A stretch of DNA of 54,111 bases from Bdellovibrionota bacterium (GCA_044356455.1 JBIKWF010000015.1:1-54111); one strand, 5' to 3'; counted from the first letter of the stretch, positions 1 to 10,711 are shown. The notes: a model not told the origin generated them from the letters alone. Numbers and translations: made by a program.

Positions 1-330
1 GGCATCGAAGATGCCTGGAGGAATTCGAGGGGAAATTGAGGGGAAGCCTGCGCTTCTCTATTATATAGAGAATGAAGACTGAGATCTTCTCTTCCAAAGT
101 AGTCCCCTAAATACTCTGTAGCGAATTCGATAAAAAAATCTGCCCTAGAACATTTATACTAATCATTTCTTCCCGCACCGACTCTGCAACTCATTGAAAA
201 CAAAGAACTAATGATCCCGGCCTCAACTTCCAAGCTTCGAAAATCAAATTCCGTTTCAGAATCGACCAGAACTCCCCGACCATCATAACCAGCAACAAGG
301 AAAGTTGCTTCTTCATAGTGAGGTTTTACC

Positions 331-1197
331 ATGGACGGAAAGTTCGAACTCTTACTCGAAAGCCCATCTCGTTACTCTCCCTCAACCAAGAGCCGTGTAA
401 ATGACATATTGCGCACTAGGTGCGGCATCAGCTCAACTGCAGCAGAACAGTTTTTTGCCGGGGAGCCGCCTCACATCACCGTTATGCGCTCAGATGATAA
501 GCAACAGCTTGAAGTGGTCTGTAATGAGATCACCGCAGTAGGCGGCAAAGTCCTCATTGTTCGCTCTACCCCTCAAACAGAGACGCGCCCTCAGCTAAAC
601 TTTCATGAATTCTATCGTACTTACGCTGACCGTTTAGCGAAGGTCCTTGCGCTTCTTGACGTCGAAGCGGTGCAGAAGCTTGTGGTTGATTTGATTGACG
701 CGCGTGAGAACAACAAACAAATCTTCATCTTTGGAAATGGCGGAAGCGCTGCCAATGCTTCGCATTGGGCTAATGACCTGACCAAGCAAAGATTTGACGA
801 CGAAGAAAAGCTTTTTCGCGTGATGAGTCTCACCGATAATCTTCCTTGGATTACGGCAACCGCTAATGATTTTGGATATGACGCGGTTTTTACCCAGCAG
901 CTTAAGAATCTTCTTCAGCCAGATGACCTTGTTATTGCCATTACTTCCAGCGGAAATTCAGCGAACATCATCCAGGCCCTTGAATATGCAAATCAAAAGG
1001 GTGCCAAAACATATTCAATTGTAGGATTCACCGGGGGACAAGCGGTCGAAGTCGCCCAGCGTTCCGTCTACATTCCCACCAAGGTCGGAGAGTACGGATA
1101 CATGGAAGATGTCTGCTCTATTGTGGGGCACATGATCACTTTGTATCTCGAGATGAACGATCGCAAAGATCTCAAGGGCGAGCAGGCCGGCAAATAG
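331..1197 (+). CDS. SIS-domain sugar-phosphate isomerase (GmhA-like) with ~85-aa N-terminal extension
   Basis: Motifs FGNGGSAANASH, TATANDFGY, ITSSGNSANII, GFTGG and MEDV typical of phosphoheptose isomerase/SIS proteins. Confidence 0.85.
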   Translation: MDGKFELLLESPSRYSPSTKSRVNDILRTRCGISSTAAEQFFAGEPPHITVMRSDDKQQLEVVCNEITAVGGKVLIVRSTPQTETRPQLNFHEFYRTYADRLAKVLALLDVEAVQKLVVDLIDARENNKQIFIFGNGGSAANASHWANDLTKQRFDDEEKLFRVMSLTDNLPWITATANDFGYDAVFTQQLKNLLQPDDLVIAITSSGNSANIIQALEYANQKGAKTYSIVGFTGGQAVEVAQRSVYIPTKVGEYGYMEDVCSIVGHMITLYLEMNDRKDLKGEQAGK

Positions 1198-1210
1198 GGC
1201 CTTGTCCCTG

Positions 1211-1326
1211 GGATTCTCTCTTCCTTTCCTTTGTGGTCTCTGTGGTCTTAGTGGTTAATGAAGACAACCACAGAGGCCACGAAGGGACAGGACATTCGCC
1301 AACCCTTTGGATTTTTCAGAAGTTCC
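1211..1326. mobile_element. Degenerate MITE family A copy
   Basis: Internal hairpin (ctctgtggt...accacagag) and right end TTTTTCAGAAGTTCC followed by CTAA, as in the 4945/15454/51549 copies; left end eroded, so the boundary is approximate. Confidence 0.5.
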
Positions 1327-1351
1327 CTAAATATAAATTCTTAGAAACACA

Positions 1352-2923
1352 TCACCGCGAACTCTGCACCTGCTGCAGAAGAGCCTGAGTCTCAGGACGC
1401 TGGGGGTATTGCACTAAGAGAGAGTTAAGTCGCGAGACGGCTTCGTTCTGAAGCCCACACTTGTATTCAAGAAAGGCTACGGTCTCGCATAAAGAAGCGT
1501 CCTCGGGCTGACAGTTCAACGCAGCTCGGGCATGGCGTAGCCCCTCGTCGTACTTGCCCTCGCGAGAAACAATAATTGCCATGTTGAAGTAAGAAGCGGG
1601 GTTGTTGCTATCAAGAATAATAGACTGCTGATAGTGCCGTTTTGCTTCGGCATGTTCCCCGAGCCTAAAGAGAAGATTCCCCAATCGCAAACTAAAGGAC
1701 GGGGTCTTTGCTGAGCGGGACTGAATATACTTTAGGCACTTCTTTGCCACGTCATTCTTCCCAAGGCTCGCGGCCGCCTCGGCCCAACCAAAGTAGGCAT
1801 CCACAAGATTGGGATATTTCTTCACCGCCGCTTGAAAGAGGGTTGAGGCTACTTCATAGTCACCGCGCTTAAGCGCATCTTCGGCCTCAGTAATCTCTTC
1901 ATCGACGATATCGTGTACCGAGTGAAATTCGACCAGTGCCTCCCGCACAAACTGAGCGACACCTGCGAGCTCTTCCACTCGTGCTGAATCAATCTTTTGC
2001 CCACGCTCCTGAGCGAAATGAGCAAAGATGGTTCGTAGAAGCTGAGCCCCGTCTACTCCTTGTTTTGTCACCAGCGTAAGGAAATCGATGTGAGCAAGAA
2101 CTGTGGGAGTGAGATACTTAGTATAACACGGGGAGATTGAGGCAAGGCGAAGCAGATCAAGCGGCACCATTACCGCATGTGCAAATGCAAGTATATCCTC
2201 TTGCTCAGCTTGAGAAGACCACCAGTCAAGCGCCCAGCCCATGCCGTAAAGTAGGCGACGTTTAAAATCGTCGCTCTCAGCATCCGGATCATGTTCCAGA
2301 GGCGAATTGTATGTTCTTAGGATGAGATCCGAGCGATTGAGACAAATTCCTGCTCGTGCGGCTAGTGTCGGAAGAGCCGAAACGACGGAGGAGTCATCTG
2401 CCCCAGGCGGGGGTGGGACTCGAGGAATTGCAGACCGCCGAAGGAAGAAGGTACCCGCCTTTGCACGCAGCCCACTGATACCAGAATTTCGCACAAACCC
2501 CCGAAATTCAGCCCCTGTAATCTGCTTATTGATAGTCCTTAAGAATGAACTTCGCCGAAGATCTCTCTTTTCGCGGGAGTGAAAGGTATTTGCGTTATCG
2601 AGGAGTGATGAGACAAACAGCAACGTGGCTTCGGGAGTCGCAGTAAAAGACTCAAGGACAGAACGATACTCACTGCTAAGCACCCACGTATCGGGGGTGG
2701 TGATGCAATGAAGCACTGTACCGCTAACTTCAAAGAGTGCATACCCAAGGGACGGGATTCTACGCAACGATAACGTAGGGGTAGCCTGTTCAGTGTCGTA
2801 GGGGCCTGAGTCTTGCACCACGAAGATCTCACAAGGCACCTCTTGGAGACCTGCCTTAAGCTCTTCGAGAACCTCAGGTCTAAGGTTTGCGCCCGCGCAG
2901 TAAATGATAGAGAGCGATTCCAT
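1352..2923 (-). CDS. TPR-repeat protein with degenerate glycosyltransferase-like N-terminus
   Basis: 523-aa ORF; C-terminal TPR helices (AYFGWAEAAASLG, LRLGNLLFRLGEHAEAKRHYQQSI, SYFNMAII). Confidence 0.7.
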   Translation of the reverse strand: MESLSIIYCAGANLRPEVLEELKAGLQEVPCEIFVVQDSGPYDTEQATPTLSLRRIPSLGYALFEVSGTVLHCITTPDTWVLSSEYRSVLESFTATPEATLLFVSSLLDNANTFHSREKRDLRRSSFLRTINKQITGAEFRGFVRNSGISGLRAKAGTFFLRRSAIPRVPPPPGADDSSVVSALPTLAARAGICLNRSDLILRTYNSPLEHDPDAESDDFKRRLLYGMGWALDWWSSQAEQEDILAFAHAVMVPLDLLRLASISPCYTKYLTPTVLAHIDFLTLVTKQGVDGAQLLRTIFAHFAQERGQKIDSARVEELAGVAQFVREALVEFHSVHDIVDEEITEAEDALKRGDYEVASTLFQAAVKKYPNLVDAYFGWAEAAASLGKNDVAKKCLKYIQSRSAKTPSFSLRLGNLLFRLGEHAEAKRHYQQSIILDSNNPASYFNMAIIVSREGKYDEGLRHARAALNCQPEDASLCETVAFLEYKCGLQNEAVSRLNSLLVQYPQRPETQALLQQVQSSR

Positions 2924-2928
2924 GCGAG

Positions 2929-4860
2929 TTACCTTAGCTCCGTAGGGGATGAATGAGTGGTTGCGTAACGCAGCATGTCGGCGAGAGATACTCTGCTGAG
3001 AGCATCGAGCGGAAGCATGCCCTCAAAAAACGTAGATCGATTGAGACTAAGAGCAAGCATGGTCTCGAGCATGGGACCGACTGCCGGATTGAGACTTCTG
3101 TCGAGCGCATTTGCAACCTGAGGAGCAAGTGCCCGCACAAACTTTTTTTGAACGTCAACATCTTGCCGTAGCTGAAGGGGGTCTTGCGCGGCAATGCCAT
3201 CTTTCGCCAGAAGGCACATTTCGTTGATATATACGCTGTGATTGACCAGGCCCAGGAGCTGAGTGAGAAAGGAGAAAATGCCTTGCTGTAGGGGTAGGTC
3301 ATTGACAAAGACTTTATGCAGCGCACCGGTGCGGTAGACCGTAGGCTGCGGGTGAGCGAAAAGATGAAAGATCCCGTAACGACGTATAAGCTGAAGGAAC
3401 TCTGCCGGAGAGAGATCTGCTTCCGAGTGTGCAATAAAATTACCGAACATCTCGGGCTGACCTGACTTATCAAGGGTGACGACATTCCCTAAACATATTT
3501 GAGCCTTGGGATGCCTTGCGAGCGCGCTCGAAGCCGCTTCAAGCCATTGGCTGCTAGGAGTGAACCCCTTCTGGAGAAAAGCACAGCACTCCTGAGAAAA
3601 CAGCGGCACCGCGGAGCGGACATGCTGTCCCAGCGGTAAGGTGGCATCGACGGGAACATGGCGAACCTTAAACTTGCTAGAGGTATGCCTGGTAAGCGAG
3701 AGGTCCTCTCGATTTGATAGAACAATCACTTCACGCGGTGGCCGGAGATTCCCCTCAAGAGCCGCTATCATCTCTTGAAGTTCAGCGCTGCTCGCACCAG
3801 GCATGATGCCTACGGAAACCTCTGGTCGTTCCTCAATCGAAATACGAATGTCGCTAGGCTTGGCACATTGCATTTGCCCCACAATAGCCTCGGCCTCTTT
3901 CTCTATTTTATGCCAGGCAGGCGAGAGTGGGCCCCAGTGATAGCGCACTGACTTAGCTACGGACATTCTTTGATGTACGTGCGCATATGCTCTGGTCCAT
4001 ACATCCACAAGTTCTGGGGTAAGTGGGGTTCCCGAGTGTGTAAGCGTGTAGGCCTCATCGGTAAAGGAGAAGCCACAAAGCTCGTCACTATCCGTCACAA
4101 AATGAATATCTTCGAAGCGTGGGCACGCACGGAGCACATAGAGCGCATCCATCGTTCCCCAGGAAGTGATGCCTTTCATGTAGGGCTGAATAACCAATGG
4201 GTGATAATGAAGCGTATGTGCTATCAGTCCCTCATTTGGCACCTTCCAATTGAGCACCGAAGGCCAGGTCGTACCGCACTCCGAATTCCATTCTTGAACT
4301 TGAAACATCGGATGAAGATGCTTGACTCCTAAATATGCAAGATCTCTGGGTGCGATAGTAAGGGAGTCTTCTGTTCTAACCGAATGCTGAGGAAGCTCTG
4401 AAATAAAGGAATGCTTGAGCACAGAAAGCCCCGTGCAGGCAATCATCCGCTTCCCCTGACTCAGTCGTTCATGGGAGGCAGCTAAGGAACCGTCACTAAA
4501 CACACAATCGGGAACCGCAATAACGAGCCCGGTATCAGAATCGACAAAGTTTCGGATACAGTGATTCGTGCATGACGCCACTCGATAATACTTGTTCAAG
4601 TCCTTGGCTTCGGCCCCACACGCCTCGGATATTGGAATAATTTTGACGGAAACGAGGGACTCCAGACGTTTGAACGAGGGGGCTGCTCTGATAAAATCTA
4701 TGTCTTGCTCTTCGGTGTAGAGCACATAAGTAGTGTCTGCACGTGAGGCGATATGAGGAATGTTTCCCGCAGATAAAAAGCTCGGAAGCGAGATCTGAAG
4801 AAAGGGCTCGAGATAGGGCCTTCCCCAAACAGCGTTATATATGCAGTATTTTCCTGGCAT
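2929..4860 (-). CDS. Uncharacterised 'VWG' family putative glycosyltransferase (paralogue 1) with second GT2-like domain
   Basis: N-terminal AVWGRPYLEPFLQISLPSFLSAGNIP, PDCVFSDGSL, HLHP and DSDELC motifs shared with 11591..13999 and 22436..24760. Confidence 0.65.
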   Translation of the reverse strand: MPGKYCIYNAVWGRPYLEPFLQISLPSFLSAGNIPHIASRADTTYVLYTEEQDIDFIRAAPSFKRLESLVSVKIIPISEACGAEAKDLNKYYRVASCTNHCIRNFVDSDTGLVIAVPDCVFSDGSLAASHERLSQGKRMIACTGLSVLKHSFISELPQHSVRTEDSLTIAPRDLAYLGVKHLHPMFQVQEWNSECGTTWPSVLNWKVPNEGLIAHTLHYHPLVIQPYMKGITSWGTMDALYVLRACPRFEDIHFVTDSDELCGFSFTDEAYTLTHSGTPLTPELVDVWTRAYAHVHQRMSVAKSVRYHWGPLSPAWHKIEKEAEAIVGQMQCAKPSDIRISIEERPEVSVGIMPGASSAELQEMIAALEGNLRPPREVIVLSNREDLSLTRHTSSKFKVRHVPVDATLPLGQHVRSAVPLFSQECCAFLQKGFTPSSQWLEAASSALARHPKAQICLGNVVTLDKSGQPEMFGNFIAHSEADLSPAEFLQLIRRYGIFHLFAHPQPTVYRTGALHKVFVNDLPLQQGIFSFLTQLLGLVNHSVYINEMCLLAKDGIAAQDPLQLRQDVDVQKKFVRALAPQVANALDRSLNPAVGPMLETMLALSLNRSTFFEGMLPLDALSRVSLADMLRYATTHSSPTELR

Positions 4861-4944
4861 AGCAGAATATTGGATGCAGGAGCCTCGCTGATAGAAGCGC
4901 CTACACGAGGAAGCTGGGGTCTTATCCCCTCTCTGCGTTCCTAG

Positions 4945-5073
4945 GGAACCTCTGAAGAACCTGCACTTTTAATACACCTCTGTGTACCTCCGTGTCCTCT
5001 GTGGTGAATTCCTTGATGAAATTTCACCACAGAGGACGCAGAGGTACACAGAGGTGAGTTTTTCAGAGGTTCC
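4945..5073. mobile_element. MITE family A (IS5-like ends)
   Basis: TIR GGAACCTCTGAA...TTCAGAGGTTCC with CTAG on both sides (4941-4944, 5074-5077); long internal hairpin CTCTGTGTACCTCCGTGTCCTCTGTGGTGAA...TTCACCACAGAGGACGCAGAGGTACACAGAG. Confidence 0.8.
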
Positions 5074-5280
5074 CTAGAAGAGTAATTTTTTCAAGCTCAC
5101 ATTTCATACTAGCGACGAGCTAAACCCCTGTTACAATAGGGCTCGCGTTGAATTGATTATGTGGACACGCCGCTTCTAGAAGAATCCTTTACCTGGAAGG
5201 TCATGAGGCGCTTAAGTGACATGAAGCCTTCTGTTTCATTCTCGCATCACGACAAGTAGGACCAAAGAAAGGGCACACCA

Positions 5281-6111
5281 ATGGAACCCGGAACCCTTGC
5301 AAGCACCCCCCCAAAGAACTCCTTTAATCCTGAGTTCTTGGACCTCGCTCCCGGCTTCGACCCAGAGCATGCCGCGCAGCTTGTCCGTGAACACGGCGTC
5401 GTCGTGCTGCGACAAGTGCTCGACCCCGCCCGGGTTAAGGCGCTAGCCGAACAAGTCACCGCCGCTTTTAATGATCTTGATGCCAGAAAAGAAACCCTCA
5501 ATGAGGCTGATAAGCGGTTACTCGAACGCATGGAGATGCCGGTTCCCGACCGCGACCGGTCCTTTCGGACACGGGTCGAAAATTTTGGTTTGCTTGACTC
5601 ACCCAAACTGATCCAAACGATTGAAAAAATCGCTGGTCCGTATGTTTGGCATTTCCCCCCTCAAGTCCGAAGGCAAAATCCTAAGGCGCAGCATGCGTTC
5701 CTGCCCTACCACCAGGATGCTCTGTATACGCGACATTATAATGAGTTTCGCGTCTGCTGGGTGCCCCTTACGCCTTGCGGCGCAGACGCCCCTGGGCTTG
5801 AGATCGCAATTGGTCACATTGATTATCTGGTGAAGCACGAATCTAGCGGGTCTTGGGAAGAAGGCCTTGCGGAAGAGGAATATAAGCGTCTCGAGTCTCT
5901 CCCGGTTTTTGCACCGGTGCTCTTTCCCGGTGATGTGGTGCTGTTTGATGACAAGACGTTCCATAGGACCTATGTCCCACCAAATGTTTCCAAAACGCGC
6001 TTGAGTTTTGATTTCCGCGCGCCGCCAAGAAACAGTATCAAGGACGAGCCAAAAAAATCCCGCAAATTCGTCGACCCCTATACGAGAGATTATGTCAAAA
6101 AACTCGACTAA
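5281..6111 (+). CDS. Phytanoyl-CoA dioxygenase (PhyH)-family 2OG-Fe(II) oxygenase
   Basis: YHQD (HxD), WVPLT, PGDVVLFDDKTFHRT and RLSFDFR. Confidence 0.8.
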   Translation: MEPGTLASTPPKNSFNPEFLDLAPGFDPEHAAQLVREHGVVVLRQVLDPARVKALAEQVTAAFNDLDARKETLNEADKRLLERMEMPVPDRDRSFRTRVENFGLLDSPKLIQTIEKIAGPYVWHFPPQVRRQNPKAQHAFLPYHQDALYTRHYNEFRVCWVPLTPCGADAPGLEIAIGHIDYLVKHESSGSWEEGLAEEEYKRLESLPVFAPVLFPGDVVLFDDKTFHRTYVPPNVSKTRLSFDFRAPPRNSIKDEPKKSRKFVDPYTRDYVKKLD

Positions 6112-6877
6112 CACGGCGACCTTCGATGGTCGGCCCAACTTAATTAGCCTCGATGACACCATTGAAAAGCGCCTCGAGGAATTTATCGAGAAACACGGGA
6201 TCTCAACGCGCTTGCTGCTTCGCAACTTCCCACTCTTCATGAGAAGAGTGGCGTTAAAGCGCATGCTCACGCACTACGAGCTCTTCCGTATGGTCGTTGA
6301 CCTCCCGGGTGACCTGGTAGAACTAGGCGTATACCGCGGCACGTCCCTTCTCTCCTGGGCTAATTTTCTCGAATCTCGGAATATCGGCGACCGAACTCGC
6401 CGAGTGATTGGGTTTGACAACTTTAAGGGCTTTCGAGAATTAAGCCCCCAAGACGGCCCACCAAGCGAGAAAGCAGGAAAAGTCCCAAGCGGTTTTGATT
6501 GTTCGGATCTTGAAGAACAACTCGAGGAAATGATTTCCATTTTTGATGCCGACCGCTTCGTGCCTCAAAAGCCACGTATCCACCTGATCAAGGGGGACAT
6601 TGAAGAGACAGTCCCAAAGTTTGTGGCAGAACAGCCTGGAACACGAATTTCACTTATTCACTTCGACTGTGACGTATACAAACCAACGCTGTGCGGTCTG
6701 CGCCATCTCTGGCCTCTGGTAGTCGCTGGCGGCGTGGTAATCTTTGATGAGTATGGAATCGAGCCGTGGGCCGGTGAAAGTAAGGCCGCTGACGATTATT
6801 TTGCGGAGATCGGATACCGTCCGAATTGGCGAAAGTTCGACTGGCACGCCACGCCTGGGGCTTATCTAGTCAAATAA
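6092..6877 (+). CDS. TylF/MycF/NovP-family sugar O-methyltransferase
   Basis: PGDLVELGVYRG, GFDNFKGF, HFDCDVYKPT, GGVVIFDEY and WAGE; ATG at 6092 preferred as start. Confidence 0.85.
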   Translation: MSKNSTNTATFDGRPNLISLDDTIEKRLEEFIEKHGISTRLLLRNFPLFMRRVALKRMLTHYELFRMVVDLPGDLVELGVYRGTSLLSWANFLESRNIGDRTRRVIGFDNFKGFRELSPQDGPPSEKAGKVPSGFDCSDLEEQLEEMISIFDADRFVPQKPRIHLIKGDIEETVPKFVAEQPGTRISLIHFDCDVYKPTLCGLRHLWPLVVAGGVVIFDEYGIEPWAGESKAADDYFAEIGYRPNWRKFDWHATPGAYLVK

Positions 6878-6898
6878 TGCTTCACGAGGTAACGAGCA

Positions 6899-7810
6899 GT
6901 GGCTAAGCGCGGGCCGGTTCTAATAATTGGCGGCGATGGTCTTGTCGGGCGTTCACTTGAGATCCACCTTACCCAGGCCGGATATGAAGTGGTCGCTACT
7001 ACGCGCCGGCGTTCAGAACCTACTTCTTCGAATCGGATATTTCTTGATCTTGAGGAGGATCCAACCTCCTATGCGCTCCCCCAAGCCGAGGTCGCCTTTA
7101 TCGCAGCAGGCTGCTCTGGTTTCGAGATGTGCCGAGCCAACCAGGAGCTAAGCACCAAAGTTAATATTACGAATACCGTGGCCTTAGCTTCGCGGCTGAG
7201 CGCGGCCGGCACTTTCATAGTCTTCCTCTCTTCAAGCGCCGTGTTCGATGGGTCTGTGCTTTCGCCTACGGAAAGTGCCGCACCAAACCCAACGAGTGTC
7301 TATGGAGAGCAAAAGGCAGCAGCCGAGGAGCTCCTTCGGCAACTCACGGATCGGCTTGCCATTGTCAGATTCGGCAAAGCAATTCCCCATACCTATCCTA
7401 GATTCATGGCATGGCACGAGCAGCTAGTCGCAGGAAAACAAATTCAAGTCTTACGCGATCTCCTTTTTGCACCGCTCAGCACGAGCTATCTTGTAGAGGC
7501 GCTTCGGAGGATTCACGAAAGGGGGCACTCCGGCGTGTTCCACCTCTCCCCTGAGCACGCAATATCCTATGCCCAAGTCGCTGAGTATATGTGTCACAAG
7601 TACCACCTCGACCCTGCGCTGGTGATCGCAAAGACTGTGCAAGAGAGTGGTCTCTCGATTGAGTATGTTCCAAAGTACGCAACGCTTGGTTGCACAGATA
7701 CTTTTAAGCGCCTTTCACTTCCTGTGCCCCAGGTATGGGATGCGGTTGATGTGGGGCTACCCCCTCGTAGCGCGGCGCCAAGACTCGTTCACGAAGGAGG
7801 CCTGAGGTGA
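6899..7810 (+). CDS. RmlD-like NDP-4-keto-sugar reductase (extended SDR)
   Basis: GGDGLVG Rossmann motif, LSSSAVFDG and YGEQK (YxxxK). Confidence 0.8.
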   Translation: MAKRGPVLIIGGDGLVGRSLEIHLTQAGYEVVATTRRRSEPTSSNRIFLDLEEDPTSYALPQAEVAFIAAGCSGFEMCRANQELSTKVNITNTVALASRLSAAGTFIVFLSSSAVFDGSVLSPTESAAPNPTSVYGEQKAAAEELLRQLTDRLAIVRFGKAIPHTYPRFMAWHEQLVAGKQIQVLRDLLFAPLSTSYLVEALRRIHERGHSGVFHLSPEHAISYAQVAEYMCHKYHLDPALVIAKTVQESGLSIEYVPKYATLGCTDTFKRLSLPVPQVWDAVDVGLPPRSAAPRLVHEGGLR

Positions 7811-8958
7811 GTTCAAACAATTGCGCGCAAGAAGCGTGTCATATCTGCCCGTGCGGGACCGTGGAAGAGATAGCTTCCTACCCCTCGCTTACACGCATAG
7901 CTTCGGACTCCACAGTCTGGAAAATGGGTGGGCGTTTAGGAATATGCACCTCCTGTGGGGCAGTTCAAAAGCCCATTACTCCCGAGTGGAAAGCAGAAGC
8001 GACTGAAATTTATCGGCGCTATAATATCTACCACGTCAGCGGGGGGACCGAGCAGCAGGTATTTGCAGACGGAGCGAGTCTCTCGCGATCGGTGCTCTTG
8101 GTTGAGTTTCTTAAGCAGAACGCACCAGCGCTGCCCGAGAAAGCGAGGCATCTCGACATCGGCTGCGGAAACGGAGCCTTTCTGAGGGGCTTAAGCTCAG
8201 TCTTCCCCTCATGGGATCTCTTCGGCAGTGAAGTCTCAGAAAAATATAAATCCACGGTGACTTCTATCCCTGGAGTAAGAGACTTCTACACACAAGACCT
8301 TCGTGAGATTCCAGGACTCTTTGATTCGATTAGCTTAGTGCACGTGCTTGAGCATATTGCCTCTCCTGTTTCTTTCCTTGCTGAGGTCAGGTCCAAGCTG
8401 GCCCCAGGAGGCGTGCTCTTTGTCGAAATTCCTTATTTTATCGACAACCCATTCGACCTTCTGATTGCGGACCACAGCACCCATTTCACGCCTAAGGTTC
8501 TCGCCGCAGTGTTGAACCGATCTGGCTTTAGCGTGAACGCTCAGAGCCACCGCTGGGTAGCAAAGGAACTTAGCCTTGTCGCAACTCCGGGCCCCACGAC
8601 GGTGCCTGCGGGAGAAGATCCCCAAGCACTTAAGGAGCGCATAGAAGTATCGATTGAGTGGCTACGCAGCGTGCTCTCTCTCGCTCGCTCAGGGAAAGGC
8701 AAAATCGGCATTTTTGGGACGTCGAATGCCGCGGCGTGGCTCTATGGGGAATTACGTGGAGAAGTTCAATTCTTTGTAGATGAGGATAAGACGAAGATTG
8801 GGAAGCTCCTTCACGGGAAGCCAATTTTTTCGCCCGAGGAAGCGCCGAGGGATGCTCCCGTAGTTTTTCCGCTGCCGTACCCCATTGCCTCTGAGGTGTC
8901 TCAGAGACTTGAAGCAAGAGGAGTCAAATTTGAAAAGCTGCTACCCCCTCGCCTTTAA
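7807..8958 (+). CDS. Class I SAM-dependent methyltransferase with N-terminal Zn-ribbon (sugar C-methyltransferase-like architecture)
   Basis: CHIC/CTSC Cys pairs, LDIGCGNG, HVLEH, and a C-terminal IFGTS...FFVDED Rossmann-like domain. Confidence 0.8.
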   Translation: MSSNNCAQEACHICPCGTVEEIASYPSLTRIASDSTVWKMGGRLGICTSCGAVQKPITPEWKAEATEIYRRYNIYHVSGGTEQQVFADGASLSRSVLLVEFLKQNAPALPEKARHLDIGCGNGAFLRGLSSVFPSWDLFGSEVSEKYKSTVTSIPGVRDFYTQDLREIPGLFDSISLVHVLEHIASPVSFLAEVRSKLAPGGVLFVEIPYFIDNPFDLLIADHSTHFTPKVLAAVLNRSGFSVNAQSHRWVAKELSLVATPGPTTVPAGEDPQALKERIEVSIEWLRSVLSLARSGKGKIGIFGTSNAAAWLYGELRGEVQFFVDEDKTKIGKLLHGKPIFSPEEAPRDAPVVFPLPYPIASEVSQRLEARGVKFEKLLPPRL

Positions 8959-9017
8959 GACGCGGGGTGCCATAAGAAGGATACGATTACTCAGAACTTC
9001 CAATCAGGGAGGAGCTT

Positions 9018-9578
9018 GTGCCCACTAAATCTGCGCTACATGAACAACGTCCCGCCCAAGCTGAGTTTAACACAGAGGACATCTTCGTGGTCTCTCCGGC
9101 CTATCTCGAGAATCTTAAAGCAAAAGCCCTGCAAACCGCGAATGGACGCTATCGCGTATGCCTGCATTCCTCTACGGAAGAGCTCGTACAGAATATGGTC
9201 ATTGTTTTGGCAGAGAATTCTTACGTTCAGCCGCATCGCCAACGACCCGGGAAATCTAAAGCGTACCATGTGATGGAAGGCCAACTCAGCGTTGTCTTAT
9301 GGAACGACAAAGGAGAAATTGACCGAGTCCTTGAGCTTGGGGCGAAAGGTACTGGGCTTCCCTCTCTCTACCACCTTTCCAAAAGCATCTGGCATATGCC
9401 CGTGCCCATGTCCTCTGTTGCCGTATACCAAGAGACTTCTACCGGACCATTCGTAAAGAACTGGGACGTCGAGTATTCACCGTGGGCTCCTGCTGAGGAG
9501 AACATCAGTGCAGCCGCTCAATTTCTTAGCGCCACAAAGAGTGCAATCAAATCTCGGCAAGGAGCCGCAGCGTTATGA
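9018..9578 (+). CDS. WbuC-family cupin-fold metalloprotein
   Basis: RYRVCLH, VQNMVIVL, YVQPHRQ and IWH pattern, in a polysaccharide gene context. Confidence 0.75.
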   Translation: MPTKSALHEQRPAQAEFNTEDIFVVSPAYLENLKAKALQTANGRYRVCLHSSTEELVQNMVIVLAENSYVQPHRQRPGKSKAYHVMEGQLSVVLWNDKGEIDRVLELGAKGTGLPSLYHLSKSIWHMPVPMSSVAVYQETSTGPFVKNWDVEYSPWAPAEENISAAAQFLSATKSAIKSRQGAAAL

Positions 9579-10711
9579 GCATCGTGCCACCAGCTTCGAA
9601 CCAAGCTCGCATCCCCTTCTGCGACCTCCGCGTTACGGATCCGGAAATGCTGCAGCGATTACTTGCGAGAGTTTCCACCGTGCTCACACACGGCAGACTG
9701 CTTCTTGGCCCCGAAGTTGAGCAATTAGAGGCAGCAGTTGCGACGTATTGCGAGAAGCGCTTTTGCGTGGGAGTCGGCTCAGGAACGGACGCAATCTATG
9801 TAGGACTTAAGGCCCTCGGCATTGGCCCCGGAGATGAAGTGATAGTTCCTGCCCTCTCATGGATTGCCACCGCAAATGGGGTGCGCATGACGGGAGCAAC
9901 CCCCGTTTTCGCTGATATTAAGGAAGACCTGAATATTGACCCTGACTCGGTGCTATCTCTGATTTCCCCCCGAACGAGGGCAGTAATGCCAGTGCATTAT
10001 ACCGGCTTACTCTGCGAGATAGAAAAACTTAGAGAGCTCTGCAAGCCGCGCGGCATAACCCTGGTAGAAGATGCCTCGCAATCTTTTGGAGCCACGCGTC
10101 ACGGCGCTCGCGCAGGGAGCTTTGGTGACATGGCCTGCATTAGCATGAACCCGATGAAAGTTTTTGCCGCCTGCGGAGAAGCGGGCGTCGTTCTTACCGA
10201 TGACCCCACGATTGTCGACAAGCTCAAAGCTCTCCGATACAACGGCATGATAAATCGCGAGCTCTGCAATGAGCCGGGGTTAAATTGCCGAATTGATACT
10301 CTCCAGGCCGCAATTCTGCTGGAACGTCTTCCTCTTGTTGATGGAATCATAGAACGCAGACGCGAGATTGCCGCCCTCTATCGCTCGCTGATAAAGGCCC
10401 CCGTGGTGCATCCGCTTGAACCGAAAGGAGATAGGCATGCCTTCTACGTCTATACGGTGAGCGCTCCGCGCCGAAAGGAGCTCTCAGATCACTTGGAGCG
10501 CTATAATATTGAGGCGAAGGTGCGAGATCCCATCCTTATGCCTGACCAGCCTGCCTATCGAGTGGGGGTACAAGGAACTTTCCCGCGCGCACAGCGCCTC
10601 GTGGGAGAGCTAATTTCATTGCCCTGCTTTGAGGGCCTTAGCGACCTTCAAGTTCGTAGAGTGTGCGAAGTGGTCAATGATTTTTACCACGCGACCTCTG
10701 TTTCTCGGTAG
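9575..10711 (+). CDS. DegT/DnrJ/EryC1/StrS PLP-dependent sugar aminotransferase
   Basis: SGTDA, GPGDEVIVP, PVHYTG, EDASQS, SMNPMK (PLP lysine) and GEAG. Confidence 0.92.
   Translation: MSIVPPASNQARIPFCDLRVTDPEMLQRLLARVSTVLTHGRLLLGPEVEQLEAAVATYCEKRFCVGVGSGTDAIYVGLKALGIGPGDEVIVPALSWIATANGVRMTGATPVFADIKEDLNIDPDSVLSLISPRTRAVMPVHYTGLLCEIEKLRELCKPRGITLVEDASQSFGATRHGARAGSFGDMACISMNPMKVFAACGEAGVVLTDDPTIVDKLKALRYNGMINRELCNEPGLNCRIDTLQAAILLERLPLVDGIIERRREIAALYRSLIKAPVVHPLEPKGDRHAFYVYTVSAPRRKELSDHLERYNIEAKVRDPILMPDQPAYRVGVQGTFPRAQRLVGELISLPCFEGLSDLQVRRVCEVVNDFYHATSVSR

Noticed and set aside
5599..6270. 223-aa antisense ORF and similar shadow ORFs (e.g. 2934..3485, 47085..47567)
   Set aside because: They overlap genes with clear family motifs and have none of their own.
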